DNA of 64,000 nt from Bacillota bacterium (GTDB lineage Bacteria; Bacillota; Sulfobacillia; JAJZYS01; JAJZLH01), in assembly GCA_021850485.1 (NCBI GenBank), contig JAJZLY010000007.1, positions 26,973-90,972 on the forward strand. The letters are read 5' to 3'. Shown piece by piece: positions 38,790 to 47,453 of this stretch. The notes under the pieces were generated by a model that was given only the letters and a program-made list of their open reading frames with translations, was not told the origin of the DNA and did no database searches. Within the stretch, counting starts at the first letter, position 1. Every line of letters starts with the position of its first letter. The position numbers and the translations under genes were made by a program.

Positions 38790-39452
38790 TCAGGCGTTGA
38801 GGTCGACCCGCTCCCCGGTCACCATGTAGACGATCCACTCGCCGAAGTTGGTGGCGTGATCCCCAACTCGCTCCAGATACTGGGCCACCAAAAGCAGGTA
38901 AGCGCCCTGACGGGTTTTGTCCGGACTCTCGATCATCTGGGCGAGCAGATCCCGAAACACCTGTGAGTACAGGTGATCCACCTGGTCGTCGAGTCCCATC
39001 ACCTCTCTGGCCAGAGCCGGATCGCGGCGTACATAGGCGCTCAGACACTCTCGGATCATCCGCCGGACCACCGCCGCCATCTCCGGGATGTCGATCAAGG
39101 GCTTGATCAGGGGCTCAGCATCCAGCCGGACCACCACCTTGGCGATGTCGACCGCGTGGTCGCCGATCCGCTCAATGTCGGTGACCAGTTTGAGTGCTGT
39201 TCCCAGCATCCTGAGGTCTCCGGCCAGCGGTTGGTGGAGGGCGATCAAGGTGAGGCAGGTCTGTTCGATGGCGATCTCCATGCGGTCCAGTTCGTCGTCG
39301 CCGGCGATCACTCGCTGTGCGGCCTCGATATCTCCTGTGGCCAGGGCGCGCACGGCCTGATCCAGCGCCTGTTCGACAATCGTGCCCATCTTCAGCACAT
39401 CTTGCTGCAAGGACTCCAACTGGTCGTGAAACGGAGACGGTCGCATCGACAT
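38790..39452 (-). CDS. phoU: Phosphate signalling protein PhoU
   Basis: LIALHQPLAGDLR, DIERIGDHA, DDQVD, LERVGDHATN..EW. Confidence 0.96.
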   Translation of the reverse strand: MSMRPSPFHDQLESLQQDVLKMGTIVEQALDQAVRALATGDIEAAQRVIAGDDELDRMEIAIEQTCLTLIALHQPLAGDLRMLGTALKLVTDIERIGDHAVDIAKVVVRLDAEPLIKPLIDIPEMAAVVRRMIRECLSAYVRRDPALAREVMGLDDQVDHLYSQVFRDLLAQMIESPDKTRQGAYLLLVAQYLERVGDHATNFGEWIVYMVTGERVDLNA

Positions 39453-39463
39453 GACCCTTCCCC

Positions 39464-40225
39464 CTATCCAAATCGACCGGTTAGATAATCTTCAGTCCGC
39501 TTGTCCCTGGGTGCCGTGAACAGGTCAGAGGTGGTGCCGGCTTCCACCAACTCCCCGGATAGGAAAAAGGCGGCGTGCTGGGAGACGCGCGAGGCTTGTT
39601 GCAGGTTATGGGTCACGATCACGATCGTGTAAGACGTCTTCAACTGGTGGACCAATTCTTCGATGCGGGCCGTGGCAATGGGATCGAGGGCAGAGGCCGG
39701 CTCGTCCATCAGCAAGATCTCCGGCCCAACCGCCAGTGCCCTGGCGATGCACAGCCGCTGCTGCTGGCCGCCGGACAGGGTGTAGGCCGAGCGGTGCAGC
39801 TTGTCCTTCACCTCATCCCAAAGCGCCGCCTGGCGCAGGCTCTTCTCCACGATGTCAGCCAACTCCGCTGGCTTGCGCTGGCCGTGAATGCGCGGCCCAT
39901 AGGCGACATTTTCGAAGATGGAACGGGGAAAGGGGTTGGGCTTTTGAAAGACCATCCCCACCCGTTTGCGCAAAGTGGCCACGTCCATGGCGCCGTATAC
40001 GTCCACCCCGTCAACCAGCACCTCGCCCGACATCCGAGCGCCCGGAATCACGTCGTTCATGCGGTTGATGGTGCGCAGAAACGACGACTTGCCACAGCCA
40101 GACGGTCCGACCAGCGCTGTGACCAAACCGGACATCACCTGCAGGTTGATCCCCTTCAGGGCCTGCACCTGTCCGTAGAACAGGTCCAGGTGGCGGACCT
40201 CAATCCGCAGCGTCTGGTCCGCCAA
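39464..40225 (-). CDS. pstB: Phosphate ABC transporter ATPase
   Basis: [51 protein letters not shown] at 40225 after AAAGGGGG. Confidence 0.96.
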   Translation of the reverse strand: MADQTLRIEVRHLDLFYGQVQALKGINLQVMSGLVTALVGPSGCGKSSFLRTINRMNDVIPGARMSGEVLVDGVDVYGAMDVATLRKRVGMVFQKPNPFPRSIFENVAYGPRIHGQRKPAELADIVEKSLRQAALWDEVKDKLHRSAYTLSGGQQQRLCIARALAVGPEILLMDEPASALDPIATARIEELVHQLKTSYTIVIVTHNLQQASRVSQHAAFFLSGELVEAGTTSDLFTAPRDKRTEDYLTGRFG

Positions 40226-40312
40226 CGGATGGCCCCCTTTGCGACCAGTTTCATCCTCAAGTATCATGATCAACCGCAGAACAGGGCACAAGACAACGGC
40301 ACGGTCAGTATC

Positions 40313-41620
40313 TTAAGGTTCGGTGAATCCGGAGGCGGACCCGCCGTCAGGTGCTTCCTTAGGGGCGCTCGGCAACTTGAGGCGAAAGGTGGTCCCCACG
40401 CCCGGTTCGCTGGTGGCCACCAGGCGGGCCCCGATCGCCTCGGACAGGCGGTGGGCGATGGCGAGCCCCAGTCCGGTCCCGCCAGATGCCCGGCTGCGCG
40501 CCCGGTCCACTCGGTAGAAACGGTCAAAGATGTGCGGCAGGTCCTCTGCCGGAATGCCACGGCCGGTGTCGCTCACCGTCAGTACGACCTGACCCTGATC
40601 GACCAGTGCGCCAAGCACCACCTCTCCACCCGGAGCTGTGTACTTTTGGGCATTGTCCAAGCAGTTGAGCAAGATCTCTTGCAGAAAAGACGGGTCACTG
40701 TGCACCGTCTGGCCGCTCTCTGGGCGGCAGATGAAGGTAATCTGGCGGCCAGAGAACACCGGCAGCAACGACTCTGCAATCTCTGCGATCAGCTGGTCGA
40801 CGTCGATCGCCCTGAACTCCGGCGGTCTCCGCCTCGCCTCTAAGGTAGACAGATCGAGCATGCTGTCGACCATGGCAGCCATCCGCTCTACCTCTCGCAT
40901 CGCCACTTGCAAAAAGCGCTGGTGCTGGACGGTGCTCAAGGAGTCGTCCAACGCCGTCTCCAGGTAGCCGCGAATCGCCGTCAGCGGCGTTCGCAGTTCG
41001 TGCGAGAGATTGGCCAGCAGTTCTTGGCCGGCCTCTTGCAGGTGGTAGATCTCGGTGACGTCCCGGATCACGAGGGCCCAGCCCTGCCCATACGATAAGA
41101 CCCGCACGGCCAGCTGGCCGCCGTCCGCTCCCTCCAACTCCACCTGCCGCTCGGTGCCATCGGCCACGGCCAAGGCCCCCTCCACCGGCAGCATGCCGCT
41201 CACGGCCAGCAGCGGTAGACCCACCACCGCCGTCGGCAAGACCCCGAGCAAGGCTGCGGCCCGGGGCGTGATGGCCGTGATCCGTCGGCGCAGATCCACC
41301 AGCAAGACACCCACGTCCAACTGGCTGAGCAATGATGCCTGGGCGTCTGCCTGCGCCCGCCGGTCGGCAAGTTCTGCTTCCAGCAGGTCCAGGGCCGCCG
41401 CCGGGTCCGCCTGATCGCCCGCCATCTGGCGCAGCCGTCGGCTCACCTGAGCCTGATCCCAGGCGGCCTGCTCTCGGCGGCGAGCCTCGCTCGCCAGATA
41501 GATGGACGGCGCCGCCGTGCCGACCAGCATGCCAATGGCCAGGGCGACCGGTCCAAAGGCGACACCGATCAGCCCTCCGACCACTGCCCCGATCAGCGGC
41601 CCCCAACTGAACCGGGTCAA
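40313..41620 (-). CDS. phoR: PhoR-like sensor histidine kinase (TM-PAS-HisKA-HATPase)
   Basis: SHELRTPLT, NAQKYT, DTGRGI, FDRFYRVDRARSR..GGTGLGL. Context next to pstB/phoU. Confidence 0.85.
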   Translation of the reverse strand: MTRFSWGPLIGAVVGGLIGVAFGPVALAIGMLVGTAAPSIYLASEARRREQAAWDQAQVSRRLRQMAGDQADPAAALDLLEAELADRRAQADAQASLLSQLDVGVLLVDLRRRITAITPRAAALLGVLPTAVVGLPLLAVSGMLPVEGALAVADGTERQVELEGADGGQLAVRVLSYGQGWALVIRDVTEIYHLQEAGQELLANLSHELRTPLTAIRGYLETALDDSLSTVQHQRFLQVAMREVERMAAMVDSMLDLSTLEARRRPPEFRAIDVDQLIAEIAESLLPVFSGRQITFICRPESGQTVHSDPSFLQEILLNCLDNAQKYTAPGGEVVLGALVDQGQVVLTVSDTGRGIPAEDLPHIFDRFYRVDRARSRASGGTGLGLAIAHRLSEAIGARLVATSEPGVGTTFRLKLPSAPKEAPDGGSASGFTEP

Positions 41621-42318
41621 CGCTCCTCCCCGACCAGCCGGTAGCCAGCGCCGCGAACCGTCTCGATCAGCACATCCGATCGCTCGCCGATCTTTTCGCG
41701 CAGGTGGTGGATGTGCACGTCCACCGTCCGGCTGTCGCCAAAAAAGTCATATCCCCACACCTCTTGGAGTAAAAATCGGCGACTGAGGACCCGCCCCGGA
41801 TGTTCAATCAGACAGCGCAGGAGCGAAAACTCGGTCAGCGTTAGGGTGACAGCCTCTCCGGCCACGGTCACCCGCTGCGCCGGCCGGTCCAGCACCAAGG
41901 CCCCGATCCGCAACAGCTCGTCGGTGGGGGCGGTGCGGCGCAATAGGGCCCGCACCCGGGCTACCAGTTCCTTCGGGGAAAAGGGCTTCACCATATAGTC
42001 ATCGGCGCCGAGGTCGAGTCCGCTCACTCGGTCCGCCTCGTCACCTTTGGCGGTGAGCATCAGGATCGGCGTCATGGCCTGGCGGCGGATGGCCCGGCAC
42101 ACAGCTAGTCCATCCATCTCCGGCAACATCAGGTCCAACACCACCAGGTCTGGCCGCGCACTCTGCCAGGCGGCCAGGGCCTCCAGACCGTCGGCGGCTT
42201 CAGCCACCGAAAATCCGGCCCGCGCCAAATGAAAGTGGATCAACTCGCGGATCGCACCCTCGTCTTCCACCACCAGCACGACCCGGCCCAAACCTGTGGC
42301 CACCTTCTCATCACCCAC
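41617..42318 (-). CDS. phoP: OmpR/PhoB-family response regulator (PhoP-like)
   Basis: VVEDE, LDLMLP, MLTAK, GADDYMVKPF, SRTVDVHIHHLREK, TVRGAGY. Start approximate. Confidence 0.85.
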   Translation of the reverse strand: MGDEKVATGLGRVVLVVEDEGAIRELIHFHLARAGFSVAEAADGLEALAAWQSARPDLVVLDLMLPEMDGLAVCRAIRRQAMTPILMLTAKGDEADRVSGLDLGADDYMVKPFSPKELVARVRALLRRTAPTDELLRIGALVLDRPAQRVTVAGEAVTLTLTEFSLLRCLIEHPGRVLSRRFLLQEVWGYDFFGDSRTVDVHIHHLREKIGERSDVLIETVRGAGYRLVGEER

Positions 42319-43162
42319 TGACCCGGCTCCCCCGATCGTCCACTGGCACCACGCGTCGCACAACCGCCACCACGGTCAGCACCTTGAGGGCGGTCATCTG
42401 CTCCACGATGGTCTCGACCCGCCGGCGCACCGCCTCGAGCAGAGTCGGGATGTGGCTGCCAAACACCACTGACAATTCCAGCGTGATCCGGACGCCTGGC
42501 TGCCAGCTCTCCACGCCTGCCCTGCGGATGCCAGCCACGCCGCTGACTCCAGCGGCCGCCCGGCTGGCGATGTCGGCGATCACTGTGTCGTCCACCGTGA
42601 AGCGGCCCAGGTAGCTCCACGTCGGGCGCACCACAGACTTCTCGATCACCATCTGATCTTTGCCATGGGGCGCCTTGTTGTTGCGCATGATGAAGTGCAG
42701 CGGATCGACCAGGTAGCCGGAAAATGTCTTGCGGACTTCGACTGTTGGTGCCGGAATGACGTGGCGCCCGTGCTGAGTCCGCATCTGGCGGGCAAGCCGG
42801 ATCTGAGCTGGGTTGGCCAGTTGCTCGATGCGAATCCACTCAATTGGCTCCGGGAGTTCCAACACCGCACAGATGCGACTGACCATCGAGCGCGATGTGC
42901 CCAAGACCAGCAGGTGACTGATGTGGTGGCGGCTGATCGTCTCGCGCACTTCTCTGGCATGTCCGCTGTCGGTGAAAATCGCTCGCCGGATGGCTTGAAT
43001 CTTCGAGGCAGCCCGTTTGGCGGACTGCCCGGCCAAGATCTTGCCTTCCTTAATCAACAGACCGTCGTCGACGATCGCCTCGTAGCCGCGCTCGATCGCC
43101 ACCAGGCTCGCCCGATGGCTTTTGCCGGTACCGCTGGCCCCGATCAACCCAAGAACCTGCAT
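42311..43162 (-). CDS. P-loop NTPase fused to an Asp23/Gls24-like C-terminal domain
   Basis: GASGTGKS, AIVDDGLLI, AGQSAK, LGTSRSM, GRHVIPAPTVEV, EKSVVRPTWSYLG followed by an Asp23-like alpha/beta segment. Confidence 0.7.
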   Translation of the reverse strand: MQVLGLIGASGTGKSHRASLVAIERGYEAIVDDGLLIKEGKILAGQSAKRAASKIQAIRRAIFTDSGHAREVRETISRHHISHLLVLGTSRSMVSRICAVLELPEPIEWIRIEQLANPAQIRLARQMRTQHGRHVIPAPTVEVRKTFSGYLVDPLHFIMRNNKAPHGKDQMVIEKSVVRPTWSYLGRFTVDDTVIADIASRAAAGVSGVAGIRRAGVESWQPGVRITLELSVVFGSHIPTLLEAVRRRVETIVEQMTALKVLTVVAVVRRVVPVDDRGSRVSG

Positions 43163-43215
43163 CGTTCAGACTCCCCCACGTCTTCCATTGTGGCAGGCTG
43201 CAGGCCCCTGGCAAG

Positions 43216-43560
43216 TCACTCGATGGGACGGACCGGGCCCTCTTGCTCACTCTCTGGTGCGGGCAGCTCTTCTTCGTGGATGAAGCCGATGCGGTGCGCT
43301 CGCGGCTGATGGGCCGGGATCCCGTCGTCAAAGGCCAGCACATACTCGATGTCGGAGAAGGGCACTGCCAGGCGGGCCTTGCCTTGTTGCGTCTGACCGG
43401 TCTTCAGGTTCACCTCGGGAATCTCCACCTCCAGCCACAGGCCAAGCGGCGTCATGTTCAATTCGGCCAGGTATGTGAACTTACGCCGCAGGTCAATGCC
43501 GTGCCGTGCATAGGGGCGGGCCAGCCGATAGTTCTTGAAGTGCACCTCGAACAATTCCAC
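43216..43560 (-). CDS. Hypothetical protein (beta-rich core, RIGF motif, acidic tail)
   Basis: GAGGTGAGG RBS with GTG start and host-like codon usage. No family recognised. Confidence 0.65.
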   Translation of the reverse strand: MELFEVHFKNYRLARPYARHGIDLRRKFTYLAELNMTPLGLWLEVEIPEVNLKTGQTQQGKARLAVPFSDIEYVLAFDDGIPAHQPRAHRIGFIHEEELPAPESEQEGPVRPIE

Positions 43561-43608
43561 GGCCTCACCTCTGCGACACGCTTCGACACGCCCTGGGCTC
43601 TCCCTGGC

Positions 43609-44490
43609 TCAACGCCCGGGCTCCGTCGCCAGCTGTAAAAAGGCCTGAGCCGTCTCGGTCAAGGTTCGATCCGCCCACACTAAGACGATCGGCCGCAACA
43701 GCCGCACCCCTCTCAGCCGGACAACGGCCAAATCGGTACCGGCCTGAGCGAGCACGCTGGATGAGACAAATCCGGCTTCGCCGGTGGCCCGGATCAGGGC
43801 CAGTTGCGCCAGTGCAGACCCCGCCTCGGCCACGATCCGCAGTTGGCCCGGGTCGATGCCAGCCCCGGCCAGCCGTTCCTCGACCATCCGCCTGGTGCCT
43901 GAGCCCTGCTCCCGCACCACCCAGGCTGCCGTCTCCACCTGGTTCAGGTCGATTTCTTCAGCCTTGGCCCACCGATGCCGGGCTTCTACCACCAGAACCG
44001 TTTCTTCCTCGGCCACCTGACGGTGGCGCAGCCCGGACGTCTCCGGGCGGCGGCCCATCAGCCCCACCATCGCCCTGCCGCGACCCACATCCTCCTCCAC
44101 CAACCGGGAGTCGCCCACCGAGAGTCGGATCCGCACCGCTGGATGGCGATTGAGCAGCCGCCCGATCCAGCGGGGCGCCAGGCCACCCGCCGGCGCACTG
44201 CTGGCGGCCACATGCAGTTCGCCGCTCAGTCCGTGCCCATGGTCCAGGTGACGCTCCATCTCGCGTCGGGCCGCTTGGGCCGCCTGGCGAAACGCCAGGG
44301 CTACCTCACCGTCTGGGCTGGCCCGCACACCACGCTCGGTCCGCTCCAGCAGGCGGCTTCCCAACTCCGCCTCCAATCGCTGCAATCTGCGACTGGCGGT
44401 CGGCTGACTGATCACAAGTTGGCGCGCCGCGGCGCTGAGACTGCCCAGCCGCACCGCCTCGGCCAGTACATCGAGGTCTGACAGCTCCAT
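43609..44490 (-). CDS. LysR-family regulator (CysL/YeiE-like)
   Basis: SLSAAARQLVISQPTAS..LEAELG..LLER, VREQGSGTR. Confidence 0.9.
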   Translation of the reverse strand: MELSDLDVLAEAVRLGSLSAAARQLVISQPTASRRLQRLEAELGSRLLERTERGVRASPDGEVALAFRQAAQAARREMERHLDHGHGLSGELHVAASSAPAGGLAPRWIGRLLNRHPAVRIRLSVGDSRLVEEDVGRGRAMVGLMGRRPETSGLRHRQVAEEETVLVVEARHRWAKAEEIDLNQVETAAWVVREQGSGTRRMVEERLAGAGIDPGQLRIVAEAGSALAQLALIRATGEAGFVSSSVLAQAGTDLAVVRLRGVRLLRPIVLVWADRTLTETAQAFLQLATEPGR

Positions 44491-44508
44491 GATGGTCGCC
44501 TCCTAGAT

Positions 44509-44523
44509 ATACGTATTTCGCAT
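44509..44523. promoter_or_regulatory. Putative LysR T-N11-A box
   Basis: ATAC-N7-GCAT in the divergent lysR/permease intergenic region. Confidence 0.45.
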
Positions 44524-44595
44524 GACAGATTGTATCTCCTCTTCGTTATTTGTAGGCTTATGCCACTTCTGATGTTCGGAAAGGACGATGCATCC

Positions 44596-45678
44596 GTGTC
44601 CACCGCAGCCGCAACCGCACCACGCTCCACAGACCGAGTCGCCAAGTGGGGCATCGCCATCTTCTTGCTGTTGGCCATCGGCGGCCTGTTCTACGTGAAG
44701 TGGTTCCCACTTTTCAACAAGGCGCTGCTGGCATCGTCCAAACACTCGATCGGCGCCTCCATCGTGTCAGGCACGGCTGCAGCCCCGCCGCCATTTTCGT
44801 TCGCCGCTGCCTGGGACTATGCCCTCGCCTACGGAGCCGACATCTGGACGGCAATCGTGCTGGGCCTGTTGCTTGGTTCCGCGGTGCAAACCCTGGTCCC
44901 TCGCGACTGGCTGCTCAAGGTCTTGGGCAAGGCCGGTGCCAAGAGTTCGATGGTGGCTGCACTGGCCGCCGTTCCCTCGATGATGTGTACCTGCTGCTCG
45001 GCTCCGGTGGTCGTCGGCCTGCACCGGGCCAAGGCCTCTCCGGGAGCGGTGATGGCCTACTGGCTGGGGAATCCGGTTCTGAACCCCGCCACCATCGTGT
45101 TCATGGGATTTGTGCTGGGATGGAACTGGGCCCTGTTGCGGATTGGCGTCGGCGTGGTGCTGGTCGCGGCTGCCGCCATCATCGGAAACCGCTTCGCCAC
45201 CCATAAGCTGGTGCCGGAGAGCGCGACCCGGGCGGCGTTCGCCGCTGTGGATGACGCCCAGGGCGTAGACGCCAACCCCTTTGTGGCCTGGGGCCGCAAC
45301 CTGTGGCGACTGGTCGTTGGCTTGATCCCGGAATATATCGTCATCGTCATGGTGCTGGGGGCAGCCCGCGCCTTTTTGTTCCCGGCGATGTCCCCAGCCC
45401 TGGGCGGCAGCCTGTTCTTGATGCTGGGTTTGGCGATCGCTGGCACGTTATTCGTGATCCCGACCGCCGGTGAGGTGCCGATTGTGCAGACCCTACTCTC
45501 CTATGGTCTCGGTGCCGGCAGCGCCGGCGCACTGATGATCACCCTGCCAGCTGTCAGTCTGCCCTCGTTGGTCATGGTCGGCCGGGCTGTCCCGGCCCGC
45601 CTCTTAACCCGCATCGCGATCCTGGTGGCCATCAGCGGTGTGGTCACCGGACTGATTGCGCTCGTTTTGCACATCTGA
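44596..45678 (+). CDS. DUF318/YraQ (ArsP-like) permease
   Basis: GLFYVKW.P, PSMMCTCCSAP, GNPVLNPAT, LFVIPTAGEVP, LPAVSLPS. Start approximate. Confidence 0.88.
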   Translation: MSTAAATAPRSTDRVAKWGIAIFLLLAIGGLFYVKWFPLFNKALLASSKHSIGASIVSGTAAAPPPFSFAAAWDYALAYGADIWTAIVLGLLLGSAVQTLVPRDWLLKVLGKAGAKSSMVAALAAVPSMMCTCCSAPVVVGLHRAKASPGAVMAYWLGNPVLNPATIVFMGFVLGWNWALLRIGVGVVLVAAAAIIGNRFATHKLVPESATRAAFAAVDDAQGVDANPFVAWGRNLWRLVVGLIPEYIVIVMVLGAARAFLFPAMSPALGGSLFLMLGLAIAGTLFVIPTAGEVPIVQTLLSYGLGAGSAGALMITLPAVSLPSLVMVGRAVPARLLTRIAILVAISGVVTGLIALVLHI

Positions 45679-45705
45679 GCGCACGGCCACTGCCTGCCCC
45701 ATAAT

Positions 45706-45734
45706 CAGCGCCCACTCCTCAGGGAGTGGGCGCT
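45706..45734. repeat. Palindromic 29-bp direct repeat, copy 1 (hairpin/bidirectional-terminator-like)
   Basis: CAGCGCCCACTCC-TCAG-GGAGTGGGCGCT(G), 13-bp stem. Confidence 0.9.
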
Positions 45735-46004
45735 GTAGTTCGTATTTGGCCATTTCCACGGGTCAGCTGGAGGAGCGCTTGCCGCTGCGAGCGGACGTCC
45801 TAGCGGTACCGCGTGGCTCGTCTTCAGCCCCGAACCAGCTTTGGAAGGCGGAGCGGTCTCTCAATCAGGGCTGAGATCCTGATGTGAACGAGACCGTTAG
45901 GCCCGTCGACTGAGACGGATCGAAAAAGGCTTTGGCTTGGGCCGAGAAGGGGCCTGTGTCAGCGGCGGTCGGCACTCCCACTGGTGACGTCCGGGGAATG
46001 CCCC

Positions 46005-46919
46005 CTAGCTCCTGACCGGGGATCGTCGGTTTTTTCCCGCCCGAGCCAACGGTTCGTTGATGACGCCCGCTTTGAACGGTGCGAATCCGGTTCGGATGGT
46101 CCAGACAAGGCCAAGTCCAACGACGCCAGACAAGGTGAGAAACCCGATGCTGGCTCCCAGGTGCGAGGCGAAAGGCTGGGCGTACCACGGCAGGAATGCA
46201 CCAGGTGTCGTGTACCAATCCACCACCGCAGATGTCGAAGGTGACAAGTGCCAGAATGCAGATAGGGCCCAGCCGCTCACGATACCCACGCCGGCATATG
46301 CAAGCAGTCCAGCTCCGAGCGTGCCCAGGGACGCCAAGACGCCGCTTCGGGAAAACGCCCAAAGCGTCGCTGCCCCAGCCGCAGGGACGATTACATAGAG
46401 ACATACGGGCCAAATCCAGGACCACTGAGACACGGACGGACCTGCCGACCAGACAGGTTCTGCTCCCGCCAACAATCCCAAGAGGGACCAGGTAGCGACG
46501 ACCTGAACGTGCCGCTTGAATCCTCGACCCAGGGCGGCGAAAGGCGCCTGGCGATCGCCTGGACTCGAGGCTGCTCCGGCCATCACCAGCCCCCCAAGCA
46601 GTAGGAGACCGGCAAACAAGCTGTCGCCTAGCGAGCCGACAGCGCCAATGAGGGTCAGGGCGGCCGCTAGCACGAATCCTAGAATCTGGGTACGCGAAAG
46701 CGGAGGCCCGACGACTTGCCTCAGGGAGACCTGCAGCCAGCCCGGGTTGCCCATTCGGGACACCGCTTCGATCTCCGCCTGCTCGGAGTTTAACCCCTCG
46801 GCGATCAGTTCATCGGCAATGGATGCGAGGTGTCCGAGTAATTCGCGGCGGACCTCACGCGCCTTCCGGTTCGACTCGATGCCGGACGTCACGTCCTCCG
46901 CCCACTCATGCAAGTCCAT
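46005..46919 (-). CDS. Membrane protein with N-terminal HAAS/permease-prefix domain (PadR partner)
   Basis: EVRRELLGHL..ADELIAEGL..EQAEIEAVSRMGNP followed by about 6 TMs. Overlaps the padR stop. Confidence 0.8.
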   Translation of the reverse strand: MDLHEWAEDVTSGIESNRKAREVRRELLGHLASIADELIAEGLNSEQAEIEAVSRMGNPGWLQVSLRQVVGPPLSRTQILGFVLAAALTLIGAVGSLGDSLFAGLLLLGGLVMAGAASSPGDRQAPFAALGRGFKRHVQVVATWSLLGLLAGAEPVWSAGPSVSQWSWIWPVCLYVIVPAAGAATLWAFSRSGVLASLGTLGAGLLAYAGVGIVSGWALSAFWHLSPSTSAVVDWYTTPGAFLPWYAQPFASHLGASIGFLTLSGVVGLGLVWTIRTGFAPFKAGVINEPLARAGKNRRSPVRS

Positions 46920-47250
46920 TGGTCGCCGCCCCCTCTGTGCTCAGTACCCGATTGACGCCACCAGACCGGATGGTCCAGATCTCCTCTTCCTCGACCAGGT
47001 GGCGGCGTCCCAATCCGGTCAAGGTGTAGATCCGGACCTGCCGGCCACCTGCCACATCGGTCCACGCCGCGGACACAAGACCCTCGTGCTCCATCTTGTA
47101 GAGCAGCGGGTAGAGGGTGCCTTCCTTGAGTGCCAGCACCCCTTCTGATGTGCGCTCGACCCGACGGACGATCTCATAGCCGTGGGCGGGTCCTTGTTCC
47201 AGAACCTTCAGCACCAGCAGGGCTGGTACGGACGGCAGTAGCGCGTCCAA
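46906..47250 (-). CDS. PadR-family transcriptional regulator
   Basis: LLVLKVL..GPAHGYEI, EGTLYPLLYKME..GLV..W, YTLTGLG. TTG at 47250 after AAGGAGG. Confidence 0.9.
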   Translation of the reverse strand: MDALLPSVPALLVLKVLEQGPAHGYEIVRRVERTSEGVLALKEGTLYPLLYKMEHEGLVSAAWTDVAGGRQVRIYTLTGLGRRHLVEEEEIWTIRSGGVNRVLSTEGAATNGLA

Positions 47251-47263
47251 TGGTGCCGCCTCC

Positions 47264-47283
47264 TTACATAGATCCCTATGCAA
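47264..47283. promoter_or_regulatory. Putative PadR operator
   Basis: Near-palindrome TTACATAG-ATCC-CTATGCAA immediately upstream of the padR RBS. Confidence 0.6.
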
Positions 47284-47381
47284 TAGGTACCAGATCCGAA
47301 CTTGATCTCCTGCACTCGGACGCACGGAGAGCAATATCTCTTGGGACCAACTCGCTGCTCGCCATGGCCAAGCGCTCACCA

Positions 47382-47410
47382 CAGCGCCCACTCCTCAGGG
47401 AGTGGGCGCT
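47382..47410. repeat. Palindromic 29-bp direct repeat, copy 2
   Basis: Identical to 45706-45734, and additionally flanked by AGCGCTCA/TGAGCGCT, which can extend the stem. Confidence 0.9.
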
Positions 47411-47453
47411 AGCTTGAGCGCTCCTGGCGGATAACCGTGCGGGGCCCGCCTGA

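Noticed and set aside
45706..47410. CRISPR array interpretation of the 29-bp palindromic repeat
   Set aside because: There are only two copies 1.7 kb apart, no spacer periodicity and no cas genes.
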